From assembly GCF_009914755.1 (NCBI RefSeq), contig NC_060929.1: DNA of 64,000 bases; one strand, written 5' to 3'. The position numbers were made by a program, and so were the translations under genes. Source of the DNA: the human T2T-CHM13v2.0 reference genome, Homo sapiens. Below, in pieces: positions 40,322 to 53,824 of the stretch. Numbering within the stretch: the first letter of the stretch is position 1; each line of letters begins with the position of its first letter. The notes beneath the pieces are model-generated. The model saw nothing but the letters and a program-made list of their open reading frames with translations, searched no databases and was not told the DNA's origin.

Positions 40322-41060
40322 TAACGTATTTGAGACTAACATTTCAAAAGATAGTAACAATTTCACAAACTCTTGATAGCAGACACAGGTTTTGGAAATA
40401 GTTTTGCCAACATGAATAGCGACAGCATCATGTGATTCTGCAGCGTTTCCACCCCAGGAATCCTCAGAGTGTGTCTCTCTCACTATTGTCTGGGACTGTG
40501 GGTGTTAGAAGTTGGACTGAGCTGATTAAAAGCTGAACTCATGATCATCTATTGAAGTTTGGTTTGCAGGTCTATGTTTTATTCCAGCCTGGGTCACTGC
40601 TAATTGGGTGTAATTAACACCCTCATGACATGTAAAGACTCCAGGATTAGGAGCAACGGGAGCACTAGGGATCTCTTCTCATATCCGACACTAACTTGCT
40701 TTGTGTCTTTGAGAGAGTCATGAACTTCTCTGGGATTCAATTCCTCTGCTGTAAAAATGAGGGGGTAATTTGTCATGAAATAGCTTCTAGATTTCATCCC
40801 ATGTGCCAGTGTTCCACTGGATCCATGAGAAAGAGCACACAGCAGTGGGCTGTGGGCAAGGGACAGGGGAAGATGTAACACACTTGACTTGCATTTGCTA
40901 ACCCCAAATTAGGTAATTTTTCTAGTATCTTATCTAACTATAAAAATCTGCTACCTTTATAAATCAGAATCTCAATTCTTTGAAATTTTCTGCATCCTAA
41001 TGACCCACCTAAACAAAACAGATACTTGCTGATTTTGGACATCCCAGCACGCTTTGGAGA

Positions 41061-41070
41061 CTCTTTCTCT

Positions 41071-41141
<71 letters not shown>

Positions 41142-41218
41142 TCCCTCTCTCTCTCTCCTTCCCTCTCTCTCTCCTTCCCTCTCTCCCTCCTTCCTTTTAT
41201 CTCTCTCTCTCTCTCTCT
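41061..41218. repeat. (CT)n/(GA)n microsatellite with CCTT interruptions
   Basis: Direct inspection; explains the SLSLSL and ERERER ORFs. Confidence 0.97.
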
Positions 41219-42544
41219 GTGTTTCTGTTTGCTTTTTCCTCTAGCTGTCAACTCATCATCATTAGAAGAATGACTGTAACTGTCAGGCTTTGTGTAACTC
41301 CGCAGGAGCCTCAAAACCCTACACAAAAAATAATATTTCTATCCTTTGGGATAGACACGGTGCCTCTGCTAAAATGCTTAGCTTAGAAGCTTGGTTAGGC
41401 TTCCAGATGTGTTCTGACTCAGGAGGCAGTTTGCACTTTCAAAACTGGGTCTCCAACAATGCTGGTTGAAGGTACACAGCTGGCTCAATGTGCTTAGAGG
41501 CTTGCTTTCTTCCGAAAGATGATTTACCTGAAAAGGTTGACATTCCTGAGCATAAGAATCTCTCTGTGCCTCCCCGACTTCCACCCCCCACCTCCAGACC
41601 TCCCTGCCACCCAACAAAATGCTTCTATTGGAGGAAGAAAAAGGTTCTGTCCTGAAACTACCATAAATAGCTTTTCCTTTCTTTAGACATTATGGTTAAT
41701 TTCATTACAGTATATAATGAATGAAGGACATTCAGCATGAAAATGTATCTATCTATCCACTGTAATTACATCAACATTTTTAAGCTTAAAAAAATGTTAG
41801 AGAAAGAACTCTTTCACATCTATAACCAAGAATGCTCCATGTGTTTTTACAAGAGGATAATAAAGACACTAAATGGGATAGATGGGGCTAAGTAGTTTTA
41901 CAGATGGTGGTTGCATATTAAAGATTAAATTGCTGTCTATAAATAAAACCACTTTTACATTAACTAGGTTACTGCTTTATCTTAATTTAGGTATAATTGA
42001 GAGCATTAGCGTTCTTCATAATAGCCCAGTGAATGTTCCCGCAGACTGTAAACAGGACTCCATGGAATGCTAGCTGATGAATTTCCTTTGCCACTGAGAA
42101 GCCCTAACTTAAAAGGTTGCCCTAGAAACTGCTGGTTTCCAGCTCTTCTGTTTGACTACTCTGACCTAAAAGTGGTACATATCTTTTCATTGCCTTATGT
42201 CGATGAGTGTGTGTATACATTGTACACTGATATGTTTTGATCCCCAATGTTGGCTTTTCTTCTGTATTTTGATCAATATGACTATAGGTAGCCAGAATTA
42301 TTGATCTTCAAATCTTGACCTCCTATCTGCCTGGTAAAATGAGAACCATAAGGTCAAAATGGTTACAAAATAGGAATGTATTTTGAAGTGTATTTATTTA
42401 ATTTGAGGATGAGGAAAAAATGGGAAATACAAAATATCAGCTTTAGAAAGGGAAGGGAGAAGTAGAGCTATAACTTCTCACTTTGATTGTGCTGTCACTG
42501 CCCTCAGTCCGGTGTTCATGATTGAGAATGAGATGTTAGCAACG

Positions 42545-42835
42545 TGATTATAAGTGTGGTCTAAGGAGCTGGACTAGCGGGTTTTAGTTCTCCCCCCGTA
42601 CTATTTGTGACCTCTGTGACCTTAGGAAAGTCACTTAACCTCTCTGTGCTTTGGTTTCCTTCTCTACAAAATGACATCATAACAGTATCTGTCACACAGG
42701 ATTCCTGTACAGATTAAATGGATTTATCCATGTAAAACTGTGGAAGCAATTGTGATGCATAGTGATAACCCCAAAATATCACACACACACACACGCACAT
42801 GCACACACACATACGCACCCATGCACACACAAACA
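42545..42835 (+). mobile_element. MIR followed by a (CA)n microsatellite
   Basis: tgtgaccttaggaaagtcacttaacctctctgtgctttggtttcc MIR core; cacaca tract at 42780-42832. Confidence 0.8.
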
Positions 42836-44558
42836 CTGTGTTTTTAACCGTCGTGTGCTCTTGAAACAATTTTATTCATTCATTCCTTCACCAAATGTCA
42901 GGGGAATATGTACTATGTAACCTGTACTGTGCTAGTTGCCAGGGAGAGAAAAATGTAAAAATAGAGTCTATAATCTCTAGGAATTCTTGTAAGAATATAT
43001 ATTCCGAAAAAGCAGGGGTCTTGTCATTCTAATCCAGTAGCCTCAGTGCCTGGCATGTGGTTGGTGCGAAAGCCACTTGCTGAATAGACAAAATGGATCA
43101 TCTGAGATCCTGAACTCCACCCACAGAGCCCCAGGAAATGCAGGCAGAGAGGTTTCCCTTGAAGCAAAATTAATTTACTTTTGTCAAAAGAAGGCATTAT
43201 AGGTGCTGGGCAGCAAAGATAAGTGTCCCCTATAGACACAGAAAAGTGAAGTCTATTTGTGTGAGTTTAGAAAACCAAATGGAAAAGATGCCATAAGACA
43301 AAGTGAGTCATAAAGACAGTTGCACTGGGGTAGGAGGTAAGAGAAGCTCAGTGTAGGCGTGAAAATTCTGATGGACCTTAGGGTGTGGAGAGGGTTTTGA
43401 TGGCTGAAGAGAACTGGACTAGGATATTATTGTAGTGAGAAGCAGGGGTCTAGAAACTCAGCCAGCTTCAGGGTTCTAGAGAAAGACAAATCTTAATCAA
43501 AAGCCCTTTTTATTTACTGGTTTTACAATGTGTTTTGTGATTTCTCCCAACAGGGTTTACTTCCCTAATTAAATTTATCTTAGGCAACCATTCAAAAACA
43601 GCGTCTTTAGCATAAAGGGACAGATGGCCAAAGTTCTACCTCCCTTCCCTGGCCGAAGGAGCTGAGTCCAAGAAAAGGTGGGCTGGGTAGGAATAATTGT
43701 TATGCAAATTACCCTTTGGTAAAATTCCTGGAATGAAATGATTTCATGAGGATGAGATAATAAGGCAAAGAATGTGAATCCCAGACTCCTCACACTAGAG
43801 CTCAGCTATAAAATCGTAGAATTTTAGAATTGGAAGATATCTATAAGCCCTCCTCTCCAACTCCTTTATTTTATAGTTGAGAAAACTGAGGCTCGGATAC
43901 ATTATGCAAATTTCCCAAGGTCATCCATCAAATAGTGGCAAACCTAGAGCTTTAGCCCAGGTTTCTGCAAGCATCAGCAGAGACCATTATGCCCTGTGCC
44001 TGAAAGAAAGTTGAGAACACAGAAAGGATGTTAAACAGATCTAGACAGGATTCTAAGGATGGGATAACACAGGTCATTAAAGGTCTGCAGGGAATTTCAC
44101 GGCGTTTTATTGGGAATTCTGTAGAATTACAGAACAGATTCTTCAGTGAGATTAATTTACACTCCTTCTACTTACCATCAAATCATTCCTTAAATCTGAG
44201 CTGGGAAGGTGTGATTTGGAGCACACCGTTTCTGTACAGATAGAACCATATAAAATTTCTAATCAGTGACTATTTTGGATGCCCAGAAATGGAAGTTTCT
44301 GTAACATTCAATCTAATACAATATAACACACAAATGAGTGCTTATTTGCTATTCTGAGAACACAGCAGTGTGGCCAGGAATAATTCATACTTCCTGAATC
44401 CCCTAACCAAATTTTCCAGTCCTGCTGTGGCCATGTTGCCTTAATCAAAATTCATCTTTCTCCTATAATCTTGGTGTGCCTCATAGAATATAAATACCCT
44501 ATTGGGAAACCTAGGTGTTTAAAAATCTGATAATGGAAACATATTTTAAAAGTCACAG

Positions 44559-44793
44559 TGTTCTCACAAGTAGGAGCCGAACAACAAGAACACATGGACA
44601 CAGGGAGGGGAAAAACACACACTGGGGACTGTTGGGAAGTTGATGGAGGGTGGGAGAGCATCGAGAAAAATAGCTAATGCACGCAGGGCTTAATAACTAG
44701 GTGATGGGTTGACAGGTGCAGCAAACCACCATGATACATGTTCACCTATGTAACAAACCTGCGCATCCTGCACATGTATCCCAGAACTTAAAA
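44559..44793 (+). mobile_element. Short 5'-truncated L1PA (older subfamily) 3' UTR
   Basis: gaacacatggacacagggagggga...gcagcaaaccaccatg...catgtatcccagaacttaaaataaa; TSD taaaagtcacag / taaaagtcatag. Confidence 0.92.
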
Positions 44794-44809
44794 TAAAAGT
44801 CATAGCAAT

Positions 44810-45070
44810 CATTACCTGTTACTGAGTACTTACCATAAATCAGGTGCTGTGCTAAGTGCTTTATGATTGTATTTTATTCTCATTATTACCCTATGAGGTA
44901 TAAAACACCTTTGTTAATCTCTGTTTTACAGGAGGGGAAAATGAGGATCAGTGAGATTAAGCAGTTTTGTACAAAGTCAAACTAGTGTTCAAACCTGGGA
45001 GACAGAATTCAAACTCAGGTCTGTCTGAATTCTAGATCTGTACTTTTGACTTTCACTGTATTCTGCCTTT
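44810..45070 (-). mobile_element. MIR SINE
   Basis: tactgagtacttacc...gctgtgctaagtgcttta...gttttacaggaggggaaaatgagg...ttcaaactcaggtctgtctga. Confidence 0.8.
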
Positions 45071-45699
45071 GAAAAATACCATTGTACTACATCCTCCTCT
45101 CAAGTCACCTTTTCTGTATTTGTTGAAATCCTCAATGCAAATGACTTGCATTTCCTAAGGCACTACTATCATTAGATGGTCCTGACTTTTCAAAAGTTTG
45201 TCTTAATCTCTTACCCAAAATGCCTCCCATTCCCTTTCCACTCATTGCTTTGACTCAGCCCTGTGGTATACTTATTACAAAAAGACATCAATTTCAGTTT
45301 AACCACCTGCCTAAGTCTGCACAAGGTAAAATGAGATCACATTAATTAGAATACTCTTCTGGGGATGAAGTATATTGGCCTCTCAAGCAGACCGTGAGGA
45401 TAAGAAGTAGTCCTTTAATTTCTTTTTAGTGTGATCTCTGGTATAACACTAGGCAGCAGCAGCCTCTCCATGGAACAGCTTTGGCAATCCCATCTTTTCA
45501 GAGTTCAGAAGCATAAGCTGGAAGGACTGGTTTAAATAGCCTCACATTGCCTGGAAATTAATTTTCAGGGCATTTCTGCATATACATATAAACTTACTTA
45601 CCCTCTTGGCAGTTGCCTGTTCCAGGGACAGGCAACTCATGGTGATGTGTTTGGGCAGAAATAACATTATCCATGGGTTGCTTAAAGGGTGGGAGAAGT

Positions 45700-46038
<339 letters not shown>

Positions 46039-46518
46039 AAATGTGGAAGAGGTTTCAAGTCTTTATTTTGCTTTTCTATAAGGGCTTTATCAAAGCATCC
46101 AAAGCATCTGTGCTATGTCTTCTTTTTGACTGAAGTCTTCAGCTCCTAACTGTGTGTTCTTTAAGAGATCAGTTCTATACGATTGAGCAGGTTTTACCAT
46201 GAACAAGCATCTGCGATCAGGTAAGTTTATTAAATACAATGAAGCAGATTTCTTCCTCTCAATTCAAAATTTATCTTTATTTGTCGAATTATTTGGATCA
46301 CGTTTGTTGCACACTAGACCATAAGTTTTGTAAGGGCGGAACTAAGTCTGAATTTTCTCACCACTGAATCTCTAGTAACTAGTTCACTGCCTGAGAAATT
46401 CAGTATGTTTGTGAACTGAACAAATAAGTGAGTAAAAGAATGAACTGAAGGGACTTAGACAAGGAAGGATAAGGAAAAGGCCTGAGAATTTACTAGGAGG
46501 AGGAAAAGAACAAGATTA

Positions 46519-46863
<345 letters not shown>

Positions 46864-48017
46864 GAAACTTTTTCGACTTCAGAATTTCTCCAAAGCTGGT
46901 CTTGCTATCAACTCTGTGTGTGCATATTTGGGTTATTTGGCTTCATTAAGATGGATGGTTATAGTCATTTGTAGTGTCTGAAAGCCAAAAGCTGCGTATT
47001 CTCAAGATGGGAGGAAGGATGTGAGCATCTGGGTACAAACTTACTGTGAGCACCCTCCTTTTGTAACGCTTCAAACCCTGGCAGCTGGTCAGAGGAGTCT
47101 GGTTAACAGTTGCTGCTGCATTTCAATATTATTCTGTCTTACTCCTCTCAGAAAGCTTCGGTAGGCTACAGTCTGCATTGTCCATTTTTCCTGGAGATTG
47201 GATTTGCCACCTTTGCTGGCAGCTTGGCTGTTATCATTGCCCAAAACAGCCAATTTTTCATGTCCACATCATCAATGGGAACCTAGGTGCAGAGCTAGGA
47301 AACAAAAATGTGGACACATGTTTAAAGCCTGCCCCAGCTCACATAGGTCCTATGCACACTGGATAGGGGGCTTAAGGAGACAGTAAAGCTGCCAAAGGCA
47401 GGAATTTGGTTCAGAAAGAGAGTTCTTAAAGCTGCATTTAAAAGTCATCTAAAGTCACTCTACATTTTTCTAGCAAATGTAAATAAACCAGAACAAGAAT
47501 TGCATACAGTAAGCTGAGACATTCATTAAAAAAAAAAAAAGAAAAGAAAAGAAAAAAAAGTTAGATTAACTATGTATCTAATTTGGAAGGATTTTTTGTG
47601 TTCCAGATTAAGAGATTCAATAAACAGTATTCTAATTGTTTTCTATTGTTATGGTGGGAGTTGTGGAATCCTATTGCCAACAAAACACTGGCATTCATTT
47701 TCAAATCATAATAAATATTGTGTAGAATTTCAATTGCTTTTTAAATGAAAACTAATTAAGAGGAGGTAGCTGGAACTTAACATAGAAACAAATTAAATCA
47801 GCGTGTGTGTTTGTATGTATGTGCATGTATGCGTATATATCATTTGAAAAGTACTTTCTTTTTATATTAAGGTAATATAGACATTATAGAAAATTTCAAA
47901 AAAAAGAGCAAAAAAATAAATGAATAAAATGTATGCAGACTCCAATAATTCCTGAAAGAAGGGTTTTATTTTCTGTTTATCCAGGGATGGGCAGACAGAT
48001 TGGACAGTCCATGTACT

Positions 48018-48105
48018 TTCTTTTTTCCTTTCTTCCATCTCTCCCCTCCCTTCCCTTCCCCTCCCCTTGCCTCTCCTCCCCTCCCCTCCCTTCCCTTCCC
48101 TCTTT
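48018..48105. repeat. CT-rich low-complexity tract with repeated C3-4 runs
   Basis: cccctcccttcccttcccctcccc... Confidence 0.85.
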
Positions 48106-48139
48106 CACCATACTATTTTCCAGCAGCCTTTTTCAACTA

Positions 48140-48365
48140 AAAATTGATGGGTTTGATTAGTAGATCAGTTTAATGCCATAGATGTGTGGGTCTGGGTTCA
48201 GTGAGGCATTTAACAATGTCTCTTATTACATACTTGTGGACAAGATGGAGAAATATAGTCTGGTTGGCAGCATAATTAGGTGAGTTCATGGCTGGCTGAA
48301 CAATCATACCCAAAGGACCTTGATTAATGCATAGATTTCAACAAGCAGGAAGGTCCCTGTGGTGT
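48140..48365 (+). mobile_element. L3/CR1 LINE fragment (RT region)
   Basis: ttcagtgaggcatttaacaatgtctct...cttgtggacaagatggagaaatat...ggctggctgaacaatcatacccaaagg matches CR1-type ORF2. Confidence 0.75.
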
Positions 48366-49739
48366 TGATAAGAGTATGTTTAATAGATATTATGTTCAGA
48401 CAGTCCCCAGGATGTGTCCTGTTAAGGAATTTTTAAAGAAGTGTTGATCTGTCTACTCCAGATACCAAAATCTTGACAAAACTTCCCATCGGAGTCCATT
48501 AGGCAATGATGGAGCAGTCTTGGAAGAATGGAATCATAAAAGTAGAGATGATAGCCTTGAAATTGCTATGGGCACAGAGAAATCTGCCCTCCAGCACTGA
48601 TTTCCTACCAAGCCTGGAGAAGTTTTGATAACTAAAGGTTTTACCAAGAAGACAAAAGTTATGAAATATTTGCTAAATCCTTACTCAGTGAACTGCTGAG
48701 TTTGCTAAATAGTTAACCTGATGTGCAGTAGAAGAATATCAAACTACAATATGGTACAGGCAATTACTTACACTTCATTCTGTCTGCACTGAGAAGTTAT
48801 TGACATACTTAGCTAATGAATAATGAAAATATTTCTACCTGGTTCCATGTTAGATAACAAAGCCATTGGCCTTTGTTGAGCTGTCGTTCTGTGCCAGATA
48901 CTGCTCAAGACTCTATATAACTTAGCTCATTGATTCTTCCAGCAACCGTATGATACAGGTATTAGTATTATTGCTATTTACAGGAGAGAAAACTGAGGCA
49001 GAGAGAAGCTACTTCCCTTGCCCATGGTCACACAGTTGACTTAGGGCATGGCAGGCAATCCATTCCAGGCAGTCTTACTCTTGAGCCTGTGCTGGTCACC
49101 CCATGTAGTTGTAGTAGCTTCCCTTGACCTCCTGAGTCAACCATACCCACCGTGCTTCAGCTGCATTTCCACTGCCCAATTTTCATGCTCATCTCACTTC
49201 CAATCACTGCTTATTCTTACCACGATTTTTCATCCTCATTGCAGAGAGCTCATGGACCTTGTAGTTTTTCAAAAATTATGCTCTAAGTATAGTCTCTCAC
49301 TAAGTTTTTCTGAAGAGTTTATTTCTTTTCCCACATTTTTCTTTGGATAATGCAAGCTGCAGCTCTCTGCATTTCTCTCTGACCACATTCTCCTTTTGCT
49401 TTCTTCCCTTTTCTAAGATTATACAACCACACTTAATAGGCTTTTCAGATCCCAAAGTTTTTGCAAAGAAGAAACAAAGTACCCTCCTTAGGTTACACAT
49501 ACAAAGAAATCCAAATTGTGCAGAAACAAAATATTTCTTCTTAGGTAACCCTCATAACAGCTTTCCCTTTTATAGCCACCAAGTTTTTTAGAATACACCT
49601 AATAGATGCATGCCAAATGAATGAAAGCCAACAGGGTCCTTGGATTTTCTTTCCTAACATTTATTTTAAAACATAGGAGTTAGAAATTACTTTTAATAAA
49701 TTTCTGAATGCCATAAAGCTAAGATTCCACGGTGAATGA

Positions 49740-50425
49740 TACAGTAAAGATTCAAATTAACCCTGACATGCTGGAATGATGGCTCATGTCAATAAAATGA
49801 AAGGTAATGTAGATAAATGTGAGATATTATATTTGTGCTATCTCCCAAATAGTTGCACAAGAATGGAATAAAGAAAAGACCCTAATTAATAGGAATTTCC
49901 ATAAAAATGATTGGAGATAGAGTGACTTGAGCATAAATTTACTATGACCCAGCCGAATCTTAAGCTACATTAGGTAGAATAGTTTTACTCAATGATTATA
50001 AACATTCATCTTTTGTCTACTATTAGATAATATTTGATTCAGTTTTGAATATTGTATTCTAAAAATGTCATTGCCAGATGACATGTGTCCTAGAGAAGAC
50101 AAATAGAATAGCATGAACTTAGAAACTGTGATGTATGAAGGAAGGCTGAAGAAACTAAGGATTTTTATTCTGAAAGGGAAAAATATTAGAGGAGAAATAA
50201 GATAATATGACATTTGAAGCACTGTCACATGGAAGAGGAAACAGGATTGACTTGTCCCGCTAGTGTAGAGCAAATGGACAATTTCTTCTTTATGTAGAAA
50301 ACATAAAGGGAACTATATTATAAGGTTCAGTTACAGAACTAGCTGTTTTACAAGGTAGTGAGCACCCCCACCATCACAAGTATTCAATTAGGGGCTGGAA
50401 AATTATATACCATGGATGCTGTGAA
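49740..50425 (+). mobile_element. L3/CR1 LINE 3' fragments
   Basis: tatgaaggaaggctgaagaaactaaggattttta...gaggaaacaggattgacttg...ggtagtgagcacccccaccatcacaagtattcaa. Confidence 0.65.
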
Positions 50426-50434
50426 AGCAAGTGT

Positions 50435-51125
50435 TACATGTAAACATGAATGTTCATAGTAGCTGCATTCACAATAGCCCCAAACTGGAAACAACCTAAA
50501 TGTACCCCAGTAGGTGGGTGGATAAACCAGTGATGCTCAACCAGGGGTGGTTTTGCTCTCTGAGGGGACATTTTACAATATCTGGAGATATTTTTATTTG
50601 TCAAAATTGGGAAGGGCGGTACTCTCAAAGTAGTTAGAGACCAAGGATGCTGCTAAATATACAATACACAGGACAACAGAGAATTGTCTGGCTCAAATGG
50701 CAATAGTGCCAAGGTTGAAAATCCCTGGAATAAAAAACAAACAAACAAACAAAAACTCTGGTACATCCATACAATGGAATTGGTCAGCAAACTGCTGATA
50801 CATGCAAGACCGTGGATTAATCTCCACACCATTACACTTCATGAAAGAAGCCAGACATAGAAGAGTATAACTTTATTTGTACAAAATTCTAGAACATGAA
50901 AACTAATCTACGATAAGAGAAAACAGACCAGCAGTTGCTTGGGGCCAATGGTGATGGGAGAGAATGTATTGCAAAGGGTCATGAAGAATCTGTTGGAGTT
51001 AGAAGTGTTCTGTATCTTAGTTGTGGTGGGGCTTTCACAGGTCTGTACAACTGTCAAAACTCATTGCATTGCATACTTTTTTAAAAAAGTGTGCTTGATT
51101 ATGTATAAGTCAGACCTCAAATTAA
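50435..51125 (+). mobile_element. L1ME/MC-type 3' end interrupted by MER20
   Basis: atgttcatagtagctgcattcacaatagccccaaactggaaacaacctaaatgt..., resuming after the MER20 with ggtacatccatacaatggaat. Confidence 0.8.
50528..50727 (+). mobile_element. MER20 hAT MITE
   Basis: cagtgatgctcaaccaggggtggttttgc...agtgccaaggttgaaaatccctg. Confidence 0.85.
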
Positions 51126-51262
51126 TCTTTAAAGGAAGGATATCTGCATTGGAAAGGACTGCACTCAAAATGTTCTGTTTTGTTTCTCAACTCCAAGATA
51201 TTTTATTTAGGTCCATTGTGTTACCAATCCAGTGGACAGAGAAAAAAGTCTGTATAAAACCT

Positions 51263-52112
51263 TGTTATATCAGTGAGGGTCCAATCATGAGATAGAAACC
51301 ACACAATAAGTTAAAGAAGGAAAGTTTAGTAAAAATAGCTATTAAATTCTGATGAAAGAGTAACAAGAAGACATAAGGAAACTTTCCATAGTACCCCGGG
51401 GCTGTGAGAGATTACCCAAGGAAGGCTAAACTAGAAGGGAAACTTCTCCCCAAGATTTGGATTTATACTTTGTTGGAGACAATGTGGTGAATTCAGCTCA
51501 TTGAATAGCAAAGAAGTTTGCTTGTTTGTACAGATAGGAGATGCTCTTCAGTCATTGGCCAAGCAGCAAGAAATCCTCTGGAGTACATACAGGATATAGG
51601 CAATTATCAACTGGTGGTGGGAGTATACAAAAGGAAGAGTTCATGGGGTGCAGGTGAGCCAGGCATGGTTCTACAGAGAGAGCATTGGCATGGTGGCAAG
51701 AGTGGTGATGATCCTGGCTGCAGGAGAGTTGAGTGTGGACTTGAAGATGGAATGAAGGCTCTGATTTGAGGTCAGGAGTGCTGGAGCTTGTGATGTGCCT
51801 GTCAAGAAAACTGCTTCTAGGTTATTGTCAGGCAAAGCAAAGGTTGTAATGTTGCTGAGGAACTGTGTGCTCTGGACATGTGGCTGGGTCAGAACTCCAC
51901 TGGAAGTCCTCATACCTGCAATGCTGATACACTGTGCATCAGGAAAAGACGACAAGAAGAACCTCCCTTCTGCAATGTGCCTTCAGGAGAGAGTTCAACA
52001 TCATCTTCCTTGTAAAGAAAGGACGCTTAAAGAAACTGACCATTATTTAAAAGCACAGCACATATTGAATGGTGACTCTGGAGTTGATAAGCAATAAATA
52101 GATACTTGGCAT
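51263..52112 (-). mobile_element. Ancient LTR (LTR78/LTR85-like; family uncertain)
   Basis: atcagtgagggtccaatcatgagatagaaaccacaca terminus and ...gcaataaatagatacttggcata end resemble old mammalian LTRs. Confidence 0.5.
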
Positions 52113-52123
52113 ACTTTTTTTAT

Positions 52124-53110
52124 TGTTAGGGTTGAATTATGTCCTGCATAAAGATATACCAAAGTCCTTAGGCAATTACAACAGCTTTACATGATAGGAC
52201 TCATGGAGGAAAGCTGCCCTGCCCACACCATGGTTGGGGCATAGCCAGTGTATGGCAGTCTCTGAAGGCAGTTGCAGTCAAGGACGCAGGGTCCCTGGCT
52301 ACTTGTGTTCCTACTCATGTCTGCATTCCTAGCACAGATGCCTTCATTCAGAGACCTCTTTAGCAGGGCCCTCCTGGGATAATATCTTCCCCAGGTACCT
52401 TTGCTGAGGGCTTCTTAATGGGAAAAGGGGAGAAATTTCAAAGACTTTTTTTTTTTTCACTGTGGCTTAGTACTCAGTACTTTTCCACTCCTATTCCTAC
52501 CCTCTCTCCTTCCCTTGGCCCCTGTGTCCATAACATGACAGGGGCATTTTTGGAGCCTCCTTCGGTAGGAAAGGTGATTCTCAAGCCTCTGCTGACCACC
52601 TGACCCTTGCCTGGAGCCTTGCATAGAGGAAGAATGAAACACTGGGGAACCAGCACTTTCTCCTGTCCAGCTTCTTGATAGGCTATTACAGTGATTGAAG
52701 GCTTGATTTTTATTTTAAAAAATGTATCAAAGTCCTAACTCCAGGTGGCTGAAATGTGACCTTTTTTGGAAATAGAATCTTTGCAGATATAATCAAGTTA
52801 AGATGAGATGGGCCCTAATCCAATATGACTGGTGTCATTATAAGAAAAATGCCACGTGAAGACAGAAACAAATGGGGAGAATGCTGCATGACAACAGAGG
52901 CAGAGATTAGACTGATGCAGCTATAGGCCGGGAATGCCAAGGATTGAGGACCATGGCCAGAAGCGAGGGAGAAGTCTCAGAGGGAGCATGGTCCTGCTGA
53001 CACCTTGATTTCAGACCTCCAGTCCCCAAAACTGTGAAAGAATCCATTTCTGTTGTTTCGAGCTACCCAGTTTGTATTACTCTGCTATGACCATCTTAGA
53101 AAACTAGTGC
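52124..53110 (+). mobile_element. MLT1C-type MaLR LTR split by a ~550-bp insertion
   Basis: tgttagggttgaattatgtcc...aaagtcct [insert] aactccaggtggctgaaatgtgacc...gaaaactagtgca; the halves are colinear with MLT1B/C consensus. Confidence 0.85.
52169..52717 (+). pseudogene. Probable 5'-truncated processed retrocopy (mostly 3' UTR-like) of an unidentified mRNA
   Basis: Non-repeat-like insert between 19-bp direct repeats (16/19 identical) that duplicate LTR sequence; A/T-rich 3' end; begins with GGC AAT TAC AAC AGC TTT ACA TGA. Confidence 0.55.
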
Positions 53111-53824
53111 AGTTTGGTACCAGGAAATAGGGGACTGCTGTAACAAATATCTAAAAATGGGGAGGTAGCTTTGGAATGGGATAACGGATGGAGGCTAGGA
53201 GAGTTTGTGGCACTTGATAGGAAAAGCCTCCTTGAATGTTGGTAGATGTGTACATGTTTAAGGCGATTCTGGTGAGGGCTCAGAAAGAGAGGAGAGCTGA
53301 AGAGACAGCATCTTTCCTCTTAGAGAATATGTGTATCATCATGAACAGATGTTACTAGAGATGTGAATAATAAAGGTGCTTCTGGCAAGGTCTTAAACCA
53401 AAACAAGGAGCGTGCTATTGGACACGAGTTAAGACCATCCTTGTTGTAAAGTGTCAGAGAATTTAGCTGAATTATGTTCTGCTGTTGGGAGGAAAGTAAA
53501 ACTTGTAAGCTATGAAGGTGAAGAGATTTCTAAGAAAGAGTTTAGAAGTCTCAGCCTGGTGTCTCCTTGCTGCCTATAGCAAAGTGCAAAAGAACAGAGA
53601 TAAATTGAGGAATGAATTGTTAAGCAAAAAAAATCTCTGGGATTACCAGAAGCTGGAAGAGCTGAGGAAAGTTTCTCTCCTCCAGGCTTTAGAGGGATTG
53701 TGGTTTTGTTGACGCCTTAATTTCTGACTTCTAGTCTCCACAACCATAAGATTATAAATTTCCATTGTTTTAAGGCCACAAGTTGTAGGTATTTTGTTAC
53801 AGGAGCCTTAAGAATCTAATACAC
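53111..53824 (+). mobile_element. MaLR internal sequence (MLT1-int) plus partial 3' LTR
   Basis: tttggtaccaggaaataggggactgctgtaacaaatatctaaaaatg MLT-int start; LTR end ...gttacaggagccttaagaatctaataca. Confidence 0.8.

Noticed and set aside
41009-41386. ERERER and SLSLSL ORFs
   Set aside because: Translations of the (CT)n microsatellite.
47226-47255. 9-bp inverted repeat ttggctgtt...aacagccaa
   Set aside because: Short stem expected by chance; no supporting context.
48270-48290. AG|GTGAGT donor-like site
   Set aside because: Lies inside an L3/CR1 relic with no matching acceptor.
48380-48700. Coding-looking stretch between L3 fragments
   Set aside because: The + strand frames I translated hit stops quickly and gave no peptide I recognise.
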